DNA of 64,000 bases. Source: an uncultured Gammaproteobacteria bacterium (GTDB lineage Bacteria; Patescibacteriota; Microgenomatia; UBA8517). The stretch is taken from assembly GCA_964524515.1 (NCBI GenBank), contig CAZGEA010000001.1, positions 169,522-233,521 of the forward strand, in the 5' to 3' direction. Position numbers and translations under genes: made by a program. This document shows, in pieces, positions 46,601 to 56,209 of this stretch. Under the pieces are notes generated by a model, which was not told where the DNA came from, did no database searches, and worked only from the letters and a program-made list of their open reading frames with translations. The first letter of the stretch is position 1, and each line of letters begins with the position of its first letter.

Positions 46601-47144
46601 CTTCATATCTATGTCTTTGAATTTCAAGATAATAATCTTTTCCAAAAACATCCAAAAACCACTTTGCAGTATCTTTTGCTTTTTCATATTGTCCATCAAT
46701 CAAAAGTGAACCAACTTCGCCAGCCGGGCATGCGGATGTACAAATTATCCCCTTAGAATATTTTTCAAGTAAAGTACGAGTGAAACGAGGTCTATAATAA
46801 TATCCCTCTGTGTGAGCAATTGAAGTTAATTTCATGATATTTTTATATCCCTCTTCGTCTTTTGCAAGAAGCAGCAAGTGATTATTTCTAGTTTTTTCAA
46901 CTTCTCCACGAGATTTATGATCACCCAAAGTAGTGTATGCTTCCATTCCTATAATTGGTTTTATTTCATTTTTACGAGCTTCCTTGTAAAACTCAATTGC
47001 TCCATACATTACTCCGTGATCAGTAATTGCACAGCTGTCCATATCAAGCTCTTTTAATCTCTTCATTAATTTTGATGTTTTAGATAATCCATCAAGTAAT
47101 GAATATTCGCTGTGTAAATGAAGATGTATAAAATCAGATGCCAT
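43665..47144 (-). CDS. dnaE: DNA polymerase III alpha subunit
   Basis: PHP domain (HLHLHSEYSLLDG), polymerase core and OB fold. Start taken at MASDF (47144), just after the gatB stop; the ORF-track start at 47246 overlaps gatB. Confidence 0.95.
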   Translation of the reverse strand: MASDFIHLHLHSEYSLLDGLSKTSKLMKRLKELDMDSCAITDHGVMYGAIEFYKEARKNEIKPIIGMEAYTTLGDHKSRGEVEKTRNNHLLLLAKDEEGYKNIMKLTSIAHTEGYYYRPRFTRTLLEKYSKGIICTSACPAGEVGSLLIDGQYEKAKDTAKWFLDVFGKDYYLEIQRHRYEEFIPQAIHPDIAAELTKMKDSEKIMNEGVVKLSRELGIPLVATNDAHYINQIDSTAQDVLVCVSTGKQVADTKRIRFVDNPTFYVKSADEMKELFPDFPDAIANTRKIADSCDLVISTLGKWFFPKYELPEGVTAEQRLTDLAYSKMKERGLESVQAIERIEHELGIINQKGYASYFLIVCDMVNWANTEGIITNTRGSAAGSFVSFLLGITTVNPLVYYLPFERFLNPFRPTPPDIDFDVSDARREEVIEYISRTYGHDKVAQICTFGRMLARAAVRDVARVLGYPYATGDKISKLVPPPKQGFPVSIPIALEKSPELKALYDADRDTKKIIDLAHAVEGSARHLSVHAAGVVVAPSTLTDFTPIQNDSPNGEKMVTQYEMHACEDVGLIKFDILGIRNLSILGSAIDIVKKRRDIKIDLHQIPLDDTKTFEMLSHGDTMGVFQLSSSGMTRYLKELKPNKIEDLMAMVALYRPGPMAVIPEYIARKNNPALISYLDSRMEKFLGASYGLIVYQDDLLFCALDLAGYTWEEADKFRKAVGKKIPEEMAAQKDKFTKGIVANGQTQKFADNLWLLFEPFQSYGFNKAHAASYGMVAYYTAYMKANYPHEYMTALLSCESGDTEKISEGVNECRRLGIKVLTPDINESDTDFTIVENEDSLDGLAIRFGLSAIKNVGQAAIESILEARELGVFLSIADFLGRVEGRKVNKKVLESLIKVGALTRFGNRAALLAAIDEIRSRVKPKEATAQQDLFGLINDEQEAASETVYTIVSDVPEMPDSEIENLERELLGFSLSAKPISESIGVLSAYGTIKIGDLLETDDYPELIKIACVVTETRSVVTKKTAAKMAFCKVEDGTGTLSCVVFPKLYATTEHLFVNMMPLLLTGKIENRDDEKNFLVESVDTVESAINTKREVFLNIPKGTSVEKLKELKQLLQNSPGNQQVVLSFEGENRTIPLKFGILWNDNLGHQISSLLASS

Positions 47145-47160
47145 TATCTTTAGTAGTTTG

Positions 47161-48495
47161 CTATTTTTTTTGAATTTCTTCAATAAGAAATTCAGTAATC
47201 CTTTTAGGGTCTCCTTTGCCCTTAAGTATTTTCTGGGTCTGTCCAATCAAAAATCCAATAACATTTCCATTTCCATCTTTATATTTTTGAACCACTTCAG
47301 AATTTTCGCTGATAACTTGGATAACTGCATTAATTACGTCATGATCTGAAGAAAAACTAGCCTTAATACTTTGATGTAAAACTTTAACAATTTGCCCAGC
47401 TTCTAACTTTTCTTTTTCAGGATTATTTGCAATATAATTGGCTATCATTACTGGTGTTACTTGTTCGTCATTAGATAATTTGATAGATTCTTCAAACAAA
47501 TTTGATAAATTCATATCTCCAACCAACAACTCTGCAATCTGTTTTTTCAATTTAAATTCTTCCTCATATCTTTTAATCTTTTGTATAGGCAATTCTGGAA
47601 TAATATCTATCAAATAATTAATATACTTTTCCTCAAATACAAATGGTGCAATATCAGGCTCAGGAAAATATCTATAATCATGAGCATCTTCTTTTATTCT
47701 CTGAGAAACCGTTTTTCCAGTTTTTTCACTATAACCTCGAGTCTCCTGAACAACTTCTCTTCCCTCATTTAATATTTCAGATTGTCTTTCAATTTCATAA
47801 TCAATAGCTTTTTTCAAAAACCTGAACGAATTAATATTTTTAAGCTCTACTTTGTAGTTAGGTAATTCATCTGGTTTTCCTTGATCCATATCTTTTAAAG
47901 AAATATTTGCTTCCAATCTCATAGATCCTTTTTCCATATCAGCAGTTGATATTCCAAGTGTTCGAATAATCAATTGAATCTCTTTCAAGAAAATACTTAC
48001 ACTTTCTGAATCAGAAAAATCAGGCTCAGTAACCATTTCAACCAAAGGCACTCCAGATCTATTAAAATCAATTAAAGATACTTTTTTACTATCAATTTCA
48101 CTATGCACTAGCTTTGCAGTATCCTCTTCCATGTGAATTCTTCTTATTTTTATCTCTCGACCATCAATCTCATATTTACCATTTTTACAAAAAGGCAAAT
48201 CATATTGACTAGTCTGAAATGATTTTGGCAAATCAGGATATGAATAATGTTTTCTATCAAATTTAGAAAATTTAGAAATTTCACAATTCAATGTCAATCC
48301 AAATCTCAAAACCCTTTCAATAGCCTCACGGTTTACATATGGCAATGCACCAGGCAATCCAAGACAAACTGGGCAAGTGTGAGTGTTCGGCTCAACTCCA
48401 AAGTGATCAGCAGGGCATCCACAAAACATTTTAGATTTTGTAGAAAGTTCAATGTGAACTTCAAGTCCGATTATTGGTTTAAAATTTTTATTCAT
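47161..48495 (-). CDS. gatB: Asp-tRNA(Asn)/Glu-tRNA(Gln) amidotransferase subunit B
   Basis: Starts MNKNFKPIIGLEVHIEL and has a C-terminal GatB/YqeY domain. Confidence 0.9.
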   Translation of the reverse strand: MNKNFKPIIGLEVHIELSTKSKMFCGCPADHFGVEPNTHTCPVCLGLPGALPYVNREAIERVLRFGLTLNCEISKFSKFDRKHYSYPDLPKSFQTSQYDLPFCKNGKYEIDGREIKIRRIHMEEDTAKLVHSEIDSKKVSLIDFNRSGVPLVEMVTEPDFSDSESVSIFLKEIQLIIRTLGISTADMEKGSMRLEANISLKDMDQGKPDELPNYKVELKNINSFRFLKKAIDYEIERQSEILNEGREVVQETRGYSEKTGKTVSQRIKEDAHDYRYFPEPDIAPFVFEEKYINYLIDIIPELPIQKIKRYEEEFKLKKQIAELLVGDMNLSNLFEESIKLSNDEQVTPVMIANYIANNPEKEKLEAGQIVKVLHQSIKASFSSDHDVINAVIQVISENSEVVQKYKDGNGNVIGFLIGQTQKILKGKGDPKRITEFLIEEIQKK

Positions 48496-48496
48496 T

Positions 48497-49726
48497 TCAA
48501 ATTTTGATTAACTTATTAGAAAAAATATAAGCAACAATACAAAATGTTGCAATAATAGATAACAAAACATTAACACTCAAAACTTCAGATATTGTCCCAG
48601 AAAAAATAACCGGCAAGATAGTAAACATTGTTGATAAAAACCAAAAATTACCAAATACACGCCCCATCAAACCTCCAGGTGTCGCCTCCTGCATAAATGT
48701 CATTGCAGGAATAATAACCAATACAAACATACCTCCAAATAATCCAAACAATAAAAGTGAACTGAAAGTTTTAATAATCATAGGTAAATGAGGAACAATA
48801 AATGATAAAGATAAAAGTATTAATGCCATTCCAATTAATCCCATATCAATAACTTTTCTCTTTCTAATTCCCTTTGATGCAAATTTAGAAACAAACATTG
48901 TTCCAATTAATGCTCCAATTCCAGCAGGAGCCACAACCATCACACCAGCTCGAGCTGGAGGCACATTCAATACATTAGTGGCCAATACAGGCAAATTAAT
49001 CATTAATACTGCAGATATTACTTGTACACTAACCAACAAAAGAATAGGATACAAGACTGCATTGTGATTTTTAATAAATAAATATCCCTCAATTATTCTT
49101 TCAAAAAACTCTCGTATTTCAACTTCAAATTTTCCAAATTGCTTTTTAATTGATTTATTAGAAGGAAGCAAAGAAACACAAATAAATGCGCTAAACAATC
49201 CAAATGAAGATAAAATAAGTGATGGTCTAAATCCGAGTAATTCATACAATAATCCAGCAATTCCAAAACCTAATATAAACGATAATTGATTTGATAAGAA
49301 AAATATTCCATTTGCAGATGTTAAATAATTTTTTGGCACCACAGAAGGAAGTGTCGCGCTCTCAGCTGGTACATAAAACTGATTAAAAAATGAATACAAA
49401 AATACAACTGCATATGAAATGAAAAACTTATTTCCTGGGAAAAATGCATAAAACAAAATTACCATTGCTTGTGAAAAATTTGAAATCATCAAAACTTTTC
49501 TTCTATCAACCAAATCTGCAAATGCAGATGCAAATGGTCCAACAACCAAAGCTGGAATCGAATAAGTAACCCAAAGCAATGAAGTCGCAATCGAAGACCC
49601 AGTATCATCAAACAATCTCAAAAGAATTAAAAAAGATAACATATTAATAATTACTCCCGATAAAGCTTGCGAAACAAACAAATATCTATAATTTTTAATT
49701 TTTAATACTTTCAAAAATTCTTTCAT
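48497..49726 (-). CDS. MFS transporter
   Basis: Twelve predicted TM segments. It lies between gatA and gatB on the same strand. Confidence 0.7.
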   Translation of the reverse strand: MKEFLKVLKIKNYRYLFVSQALSGVIINMLSFLILLRLFDDTGSSIATSLLWVTYSIPALVVGPFASAFADLVDRRKVLMISNFSQAMVILFYAFFPGNKFFISYAVVFLYSFFNQFYVPAESATLPSVVPKNYLTSANGIFFLSNQLSFILGFGIAGLLYELLGFRPSLILSSFGLFSAFICVSLLPSNKSIKKQFGKFEVEIREFFERIIEGYLFIKNHNAVLYPILLLVSVQVISAVLMINLPVLATNVLNVPPARAGVMVVAPAGIGALIGTMFVSKFASKGIRKRKVIDMGLIGMALILLSLSFIVPHLPMIIKTFSSLLLFGLFGGMFVLVIIPAMTFMQEATPGGLMGRVFGNFWFLSTMFTILPVIFSGTISEVLSVNVLLSIIATFCIVAYIFSNKLIKI

Positions 49727-49731
49727 TTTTT

Positions 49732-51141
49732 TTAAGAAATATCAGGCTTTCGATCTGTAAAATCATTCTCACTTTGATAAAGCTCTCCCAAATCAAATAA
49801 CACATTCTCACCAAATCGCTTACTCATTAATTGAAATCCAAGTGGCAATCCATTGGTATCAAAACCAGATGGAACTGCAAGTCCTGGAATTCCAGATAAA
49901 TTAGCAGTTGCTGCATAAATATCAGTTAAATACATTTTAAGAGGATCATTTGCCTTCTCACCAATTTTAAATGCAGATGTAGGAGAAACTGGAGCAATTA
50001 ATGCATCAACTTTTTCAAACACTTCATTTACTTCATTTATAATTTTAGATCGCACTCGCATTGCTTTATCATAATACGCATCATAATAACCACTAGATAA
50101 TGCATATGTTCCAATCATTATTCTTCGTTTTGCCTCACTTCCAAATGAATTTCTGGTATTTCCAAACCTTACACCATCATATCTTCCCAAATTAGAAGAA
50201 ACTTCAGCTGGCTGAATAATATAATAAACTCCAATTGCATATTCAGTAGTTGGAAGCGAAACTTCCATAATTTTAATTCCCTTTTTCTCATAAAAAGAAA
50301 TTACATTTTCTACATTTTTACGAACTTGCGGGTCAATTCCCTCACCAAAAAATTCTTTTGGAACACCAATAACCAAATCATTTAATTTTTTAGATTTTCC
50401 AAATTCAAAATCAACAACTGTTCCATCATGTCCATCCACACCTTTAGTTATTTCAAAAACTTTCCTACTATCCTCAACTGTTCTTGTAATATGCCCCATG
50501 GTATCAAGTGAACTAGCCATGGCAACTGCACCATACCGAGAAACCGCACCATAAGTTGGCTTCAATCCAACTAATCCACAATAATTTGCAGGCAATCTTG
50601 TTGATCCACACGTATCAGTACTCGTTGCAATCATTGATAAACCTGCAGCAACCGATGCACCAGATCCACTTGAAGATCCGCCAGGAACATATTCTCTATT
50701 CCAAGGGTTTTTTGTAGGTCCAAAATCAGAATTTTCACCTGATGAGCCATGAGCCCATGCATCCATATTTAGTTTTCCAACTGTAATAGCTCCAGCATCT
50801 TTTAATTTTTTAACAACAGTTGCACTATATTGTGGAATATAACTATCCAATAATTTTGATGCTGCAGTTGTTTTAATTCCTTTTGTCAAAAACAAATCCT
50901 TATGCGAAATAACTACACCCAAAAGTGGATATTCATCAAATGCAGTTTTACCTTTCTCGCTAATTATTTGATCAACTTTTTTAGCTTCCTCAAATGCTAA
51001 ATCTTCAGTAATAGTAATAAAAGCATTGAGTTTTGGATTAAGTTCATTAATTTTTGAAATGTATTCTTGAACCAATTGAGTAGCTGTGAATTCCTTATTT
51101 AATAATTTTTCTTGAAGTTGTTTAATTGTTAAAAAGCGCAT
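49732..51141 (-). CDS. gatA: Glu-tRNA(Gln) amidotransferase subunit A
   Basis: Amidase signature GGSSGGSGASVAAG and catalytic Ser/Lys. Confidence 0.9.
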   Translation of the reverse strand: MRFLTIKQLQEKLLNKEFTATQLVQEYISKINELNPKLNAFITITEDLAFEEAKKVDQIISEKGKTAFDEYPLLGVVISHKDLFLTKGIKTTAASKLLDSYIPQYSATVVKKLKDAGAITVGKLNMDAWAHGSSGENSDFGPTKNPWNREYVPGGSSSGSGASVAAGLSMIATSTDTCGSTRLPANYCGLVGLKPTYGAVSRYGAVAMASSLDTMGHITRTVEDSRKVFEITKGVDGHDGTVVDFEFGKSKKLNDLVIGVPKEFFGEGIDPQVRKNVENVISFYEKKGIKIMEVSLPTTEYAIGVYYIIQPAEVSSNLGRYDGVRFGNTRNSFGSEAKRRIMIGTYALSSGYYDAYYDKAMRVRSKIINEVNEVFEKVDALIAPVSPTSAFKIGEKANDPLKMYLTDIYAATANLSGIPGLAVPSGFDTNGLPLGFQLMSKRFGENVLFDLGELYQSENDFTDRKPDIS

Positions 51142-51146
51142 ATTTA

Positions 51147-51458
51147 TTATTCTCCATCACGGTCTATTATTCTCTCCACAATAAAATATCTTTCATCAGT
51201 TTTAGAAGCATTCAAAAGTGCTTCACTTTGAGTTAAAATATCAAATTCAGAAATATTATCCTCACGGGATACATTAGTTAGTCCAGTAGTTTGACTAGTT
51301 GGCTCAATATTTGAAGTATCAATTTCTTTTAATTTCTCAAAATAATCAAAAACATTTGTTAATTCACTAGAAAGTTTTTCAGCTTCATTATCATCAATTA
51401 CCAAATTGGCAAGTTTTGCCAAATGAAATATATCAGTCTTTGTTAATTTTGATGACAT
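51147..51458 (-). CDS. gatC: Glu-tRNA(Gln) amidotransferase subunit C
   Basis: 103 aa acidic protein immediately upstream of gatA. Confidence 0.75.
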   Translation of the reverse strand: MSSKLTKTDIFHLAKLANLVIDDNEAEKLSSELTNVFDYFEKLKEIDTSNIEPTSQTTGLTNVSREDNISEFDILTQSEALLNASKTDERYFIVERIIDRDGE

Positions 51459-51477
51459 TCCCCATATAATAGGTTAA

Positions 51478-52416
51478 TTAAGCCATCTTCTCAAGTTCCG
51501 CTATTCTTTTTGCAATTGGTGGGTGAGTATTAAACAAACCAGAGAAGAAATCAACCGCACGTTTACCACCGCTATTATCTTTAAATGGGTTCACAATATA
51601 CAAATGAGCCGTCGCTTTATTTGCAGCCTCCAGTGGCTCCATATCTCCACTTATTTTTTTAAGTGCTCCAATTAATCCATTAGGTTGACGTGTAATTGAA
51701 ACAGCTCCACTATCTGCCATATATTCTCTTTGCCTTGAAACTGCCAATTTAATTAATTGTGCAATCAAAGGTGACAAAATTGCAAAAACCAATCCCAAAA
51801 TCACAAAAATAGCACCAATTGATTTGGATTCATCATTATCTCTTTTTCCTCCACCCCAAAATGAAGCTCTCAAAAACCAATCAGCCAATAATGCAATAAT
51901 TCCAACCATAACAGAAACAACAGACATAAGCCTTACATCATAATTTTTTATATGAGTCATTTCATGAGCCACAACTCCTTCTAATTCAGTCCGATTCAGT
52001 TTTGACAAAAGTCCAGTGGTCACACAAATCACAGAGTGTTCTGGTCCTCTTCCTGTCGCAAATGCATTTGGAGCACTATCTTCAATTACATATAATTTTG
52101 GAGTAGCAATTCCAATCGCAATACTTAAATTTTCAGCAACTGTATAAAATAAAAAATCACGCTTTCGGTCAGCTGGTCGGGCACCAGATATAGCCAGAAC
52201 CATTTTGTCGCTCCACCAATATCCAACAAACGAACTAATTCCAGATACGATCAAAGCAATTCCAACATATCCAATGCCACCCACTTCATAACCCAGATAA
52301 TATCCAAACGCATTTGAAAAAATATATACAGCCAATAAAACAAACAAAGAAAACAAGACAATAATAATTGCCGACTTTATTTTATTCGACGATTCAACTT
52401 CGTAAATATTTTTCAT
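51478..52416 (-). CDS. htpX: M48-family zinc metalloprotease HtpX
   Basis: HEMTH (HExxH) and a TM topology typical of HtpX. Confidence 0.8.
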   Translation of the reverse strand: MKNIYEVESSNKIKSAIIIVLFSLFVLLAVYIFSNAFGYYLGYEVGGIGYVGIALIVSGISSFVGYWWSDKMVLAISGARPADRKRDFLFYTVAENLSIAIGIATPKLYVIEDSAPNAFATGRGPEHSVICVTTGLLSKLNRTELEGVVAHEMTHIKNYDVRLMSVVSVMVGIIALLADWFLRASFWGGGKRDNDESKSIGAIFVILGLVFAILSPLIAQLIKLAVSRQREYMADSGAVSITRQPNGLIGALKKISGDMEPLEAANKATAHLYIVNPFKDNSGGKRAVDFFSGLFNTHPPIAKRIAELEKMA

Positions 52417-52434
52417 ATTCCAATATCTATTTTA

Positions 52435-53052
52435 TTACAATGATACTTTTGGTGTCTTTGTCTCATCTTCAGATACTTCCATATGAGATCCAGTCTCAGG
52501 AGTAATTAGTCCTGGAAGTTCATTAAATGAAAACATACTTGCGATCATATTACTAGGAAATGAAACTCTCTTTACGTTGTAATCAGCTGTTAAATCGATG
52601 ACCAATCTTCTGGCATACATTACTTTGTCAGATGTATCTCGAAGCTCACTCATCAAATCAGAAACGATTTGAGAAGCTTGCATTTGAGGATTGCTTTCAA
52701 CCGCAACACTTAGTCGAGGTAATACAGCTGAAAGTTTTTCTCCAGCTTCAGACATTTTTTGTATATCTCCAGATTTTGAAGCTTCAGTAATAGCTTTTCG
52801 TGCATCAGTCAACATTTTAAATATCTGTGTCTCATGCTTCATGTAGCCTTTAACAGAAGATTCAAGGTTTGGAATTAATTCTGCTTGTCTTTTAAGCTGA
52901 TTTCCAATTTCTTGAATTGCTGCTTTAATTCTTGCCTTACTTGAAACAAAAAAATTATATAAAGAAACAACCCATAAAATAATAAATATAAAAATAATAA
53001 GTGGTATTAATAATTGCATAAAATCACCTCCCAGCAAAAATACATTATACAA
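52435..53052 (-). CDS. lemA: LemA family protein
   Basis: N-terminal TM helix followed by a LemA-like helical domain. Confidence 0.75.
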   Translation of the reverse strand: MYNVFLLGGDFMQLLIPLIIFIFIILWVVSLYNFFVSSKARIKAAIQEIGNQLKRQAELIPNLESSVKGYMKHETQIFKMLTDARKAITEASKSGDIQKMSEAGEKLSAVLPRLSVAVESNPQMQASQIVSDLMSELRDTSDKVMYARRLVIDLTADYNVKRVSFPSNMIASMFSFNELPGLITPETGSHMEVSEDETKTPKVSL

Positions 53053-54829
53053 CTCCCATCAAGTTTTCAAAATCACCCAAACTGTAAGTGTTAATAATGT
53101 CTTCTCTTTTAGCCCAGCCACGTCTTGCCACAAATACTCCATATTTCATATTCAAAAATCCTTCCTTTTGGTGCGAATCAGTACCCAATGTTAATTTCAC
53201 CCCTGCACGAATTGCATCACGAACTAACAAATCAGGCAAATCCAATCGATGTGGATCCGCATTTATTTCCAAATAAATATTCCGATCAATACATGCTTGA
53301 AATATTTTCTGCCAATCCAAATCAATACTATTTCGTTTATCTAAAAGCCTTGCTGTCGGATGTGCAAATACTTTTACTTTAGGATTTTCAAATGCTTTCA
53401 AAATTCTCTGCGTCATTTTAAATTTATTAAGTTCAAACGATGAGTGAACTGAAACCAAAGCAAAATCTAAATAATTTAATCCCTTCTCATCAATAGGCAA
53501 ACTTCCATCCGGCTTAATATCAATTTCCAAACTATTGAATACTTTTTTTACACTACCTTTCACACTTTTCACCAAAGAAGTATTTAATTGATCAATAAAT
53601 TCTCTTTTTCTCTTAAGTATGATATTTATTTGATCTTTGGTATGTTTACTTTGGCTTGGATTGTGTTCTGAGAAAGAAATATATTCATAATTTAATTTAT
53701 TTGCCGATTCAATCATATCTTTCATAGAATCAACTCCTAAATCATGACTTGTTTCTACATCAAAATCAGAATGCATATGCAAATCCCCCTTAATATCTTT
53801 TAACTCAACCAATTTTGGCAAATCACCATTCAACGCCTTTTCAATTTCTCCAGCATCCTCACGAAGTTCAGGTGGAATAAAAGATAATCCAAGATACTTA
53901 TAAAACTTCTCTTCACTATCAAACTCGTGCATTTTTCCTGTTTTAATGTCTTTTATTCCTTTCTCACTCAAACTCAATCCTTTTTTAAGAGAATATTCTC
54001 GAAGTGCCACATTATGATGCTTTGATCCAGTAAAATGCTGCAATAAAGATCCAAATGCTTGTGGTTTTAGTGCCATACAATCAGCCTGAATATTTCCAGG
54101 CAGTAAAATTGAAGCTGAAATATCTCCCTTTTCAATCACTCGCACTGCTTTTGGAAATTCACAAAAATGCGAAAGGGTGATAACTGAATCATTTGTGGCT
54201 ACAGCTATATCAATATCCCCAATTGTAGATACTCTGCGCCTCAAACTTCCTAATCCTTCAACACTCTTTGTTTCTTTATTTTGCCTCATCCAGTCAACCA
54301 AAGATTGTGAAATATCAAATGCTTCAGACATCAAATGCCTTTTTGGAGCTTTAGTTTTATATTCTTTAAGTGATCTTAATATATCTGATTCTGATTTCTC
54401 TCCAAATCCCTCCAAATTTCGAATCTTGCCACGCTCTGCAATTTCAATCAAAGTTTCAATTGGATTTTTATCAATTTTAAATTCTTTAACTAAGGCAAAT
54501 GCAGTTTTTGGCCCAATTTTTGGAACTTTCATCAAAACAAATACAGATTTTGGAATTCCATCCATTATTTTTTCAAAATGCTCAGATTTTCCCTCTTTAA
54601 AGAGCTCACTAATTGAAGAAATCATACTTTCTCCCAGTCCTGGAATATCATCTAATTTATCCTCTTCCCACAAATCATATGCATCACTTGTAGCATGCTC
54701 AATTGCATCAGCAGCCTTCTCATATGCCACAATTCTAAAACGATTCTGTGCTTCATTTTTAAGCTTATATGAAGCAGCAACGTCTCGCAAAAGCTCAGCC
54801 AAATCTGGATTTGATAATCTTTTACTCAT
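53045..54829 (-). CDS. polX: DNA polymerase X family protein with C-terminal PHP phosphoesterase domain
   Basis: N-terminal PolX HhH/palm motifs (GLGSLRRRVSTIGDIDIAV) and a C-terminal PHP domain (HMHSDFD...). Confidence 0.8.
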   Translation of the reverse strand: MSKRLSNPDLAELLRDVAASYKLKNEAQNRFRIVAYEKAADAIEHATSDAYDLWEEDKLDDIPGLGESMISSISELFKEGKSEHFEKIMDGIPKSVFVLMKVPKIGPKTAFALVKEFKIDKNPIETLIEIAERGKIRNLEGFGEKSESDILRSLKEYKTKAPKRHLMSEAFDISQSLVDWMRQNKETKSVEGLGSLRRRVSTIGDIDIAVATNDSVITLSHFCEFPKAVRVIEKGDISASILLPGNIQADCMALKPQAFGSLLQHFTGSKHHNVALREYSLKKGLSLSEKGIKDIKTGKMHEFDSEEKFYKYLGLSFIPPELREDAGEIEKALNGDLPKLVELKDIKGDLHMHSDFDVETSHDLGVDSMKDMIESANKLNYEYISFSEHNPSQSKHTKDQINIILKRKREFIDQLNTSLVKSVKGSVKKVFNSLEIDIKPDGSLPIDEKGLNYLDFALVSVHSSFELNKFKMTQRILKAFENPKVKVFAHPTARLLDKRNSIDLDWQKIFQACIDRNIYLEINADPHRLDLPDLLVRDAIRAGVKLTLGTDSHQKEGFLNMKYGVFVARRGWAKREDIINTYSLGDFENLMGVV

Positions 54830-54893
54830 TCCTTAAATAATACAATTCCAACAACGCTTTAGCCATGGTATAATTGGTGCGTAAGTTCATTTT

Positions 54894-54965
54894 GGGGCCG
54901 TAGTTCATCGGCTAGAATATATCCCTGTCACGGATAAGAGGAGGGTTCGATTCCCTTCGGCCCCG
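54894..54965 (+). tRNA. tRNA-Asp (anticodon GTC)
   Basis: Acceptor ggggccg/cggcccc, anticodon stem tatcc/ggata with loop ctgtcac and T-loop ttcgatt. TATAAT at about 54869. Confidence 0.85.
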
Positions 54966-55006
54966 CAAATCTTCTCAAATTTTCGCACATCCACAAGGAG
55001 AAAAAC

Positions 55007-55300
55007 ATGTCCCGACGATCAAATGCTAGCCACCGTCCTATTTCTATTGATGAGTTAGATCAAATGGATTTAGGTCAAATGATGCCACATCGCATACTCA
55101 TGTCTACAGATGAAGCAAAAAAATGTCAGGATGTTGCAAATAAATTAGGAATTGATTACAAAATCATTGCATCGGAAGGTGAGTTTTACGAAACAATCAG
55201 TATCAAAAAAAATCATGTTAAAAAAGGCTATGTTTTTGTTCAGATTGGATTTCAGCAGCGCGATCTGACAAGATTTTGGGAAGAAGTAAATAAATTATAA
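55007..55300 (+). CDS. hypothetical protein (97 aa)
   Basis: Strong AAGGAG Shine-Dalgarno 8 nt upstream. No family recognised. A hairpin gtgggtgaa/ttcacccac follows at 55314-55344. Confidence 0.45.
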   Translation: MSRRSNASHRPISIDELDQMDLGQMMPHRILMSTDEAKKCQDVANKLGIDYKIIASEGEFYETISIKKNHVKKGYVFVQIGFQQRDLTRFWEEVNKL

Positions 55301-55419
55301 TAAATATAAAAATGTGGGTGAAAATTCAAAAATTGTTCACCCACAATAATTCTCCCCTTGACACTTACTCCATTTAATAATAAATTTCATTCAGTCAAAT
55401 TCTTGCTTCATGTTGCCCC

Positions 55420-56097
55420 ATGATTAATTGCGAAAACTTTTTTCTTAAGATGAATAAAAATTTACAAAAACTATTAAAAATTAACGAAAGCACCATAAGC
55501 ATGGGCTTAGGAGTTTTAGTATTAGTTGCAATTGCTGTTTTAGTATTGAATTACCTAAAAACTCAAAAAGAAATTGATACTCCAATTGAATTAAATCCAG
55601 AAATTGCACAAAAAGAACACGTAGTTGAAAAAGGTGAATCACTTTGGGTAATAGCAGAAAAAGAATTAAATGATGGTTACCAATGGAAGGCAATAGCAGA
55701 TGCTAACGAAATAACAAACCCAGGTTTAATCGAAGTTGGTCAAACATTAAAAATCCCTTCATCTTCAAATAGCGCAGAAAAAGCTCAAACAAAAAATGAT
55801 GATCTAGCCCAAGCAACTGCAATTCCTGAAGCCTTATCAACTACTGCACCAGAAATTACCGAAGCACCAGTCGCATCAGTAATACCTACTGCTACTCCAG
55901 TTGCAACACAAACACCTGATGTTGTTGATACTGCAAATCTTCCAACAGAATATACAGTTGAACATGGTGATTCACTTTGGAAAATATCTGAAAAAGTCTA
56001 TGGCACAGGCTATAAATGGAGAGAGATCGCCAAAGCAAACAAATTAACCCATCCAAGTTTAATCCACGCCGGAAACGTACTTTCCATTCCACGCTAA
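55420..56097 (+). CDS. membrane-anchored protein with two LysM peptidoglycan-binding domains
   Basis: TM helix. Two LysM repeats (HVVEKGESLWVIAEK...GQTLKIP and YTVEHGDSLWKISEK...GNVLSIP). The start may be the internal ATG at 55450. Confidence 0.8.
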   Translation: MINCENFFLKMNKNLQKLLKINESTISMGLGVLVLVAIAVLVLNYLKTQKEIDTPIELNPEIAQKEHVVEKGESLWVIAEKELNDGYQWKAIADANEITNPGLIEVGQTLKIPSSSNSAEKAQTKNDDLAQATAIPEALSTTAPEITEAPVASVIPTATPVATQTPDVVDTANLPTEYTVEHGDSLWKISEKVYGTGYKWREIAKANKLTHPSLIHAGNVLSIPR

Positions 56098-56135
56098 TTA
56101 ATTTAATCTTCTTTGATATAATACGAATGATAACG

Positions 56136-56209
56136 CGGGTATAGTTCAGTGGTAAAACGATTCCTTCCCAAGGAATAACTGCGGGTTCGATTCCCGCTAC
56201 CCGCTCCAA
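56136..56209 (+). tRNA. tRNA-Gly (anticodon CCC) with encoded CCA
   Basis: Acceptor gcgggta/tacccgc, anticodon stem attcc/ggaat with loop ttcccaa, T-loop ttcgatt, discriminator T then CCA. TATAAT upstream. ORF-track entries 55892..56209 and 56103..56357 overlap it and are rejected. Confidence 0.85.

Noticed and set aside
55314-55344. Hairpin gtgggtgaa/ttcacccac as a terminator for the 55007 gene
   Set aside because: It is not followed by a T-tract on the plus strand. The T-rich run is on the opposite strand, where no gene ends, so its function is unclear and it is not called a terminator.
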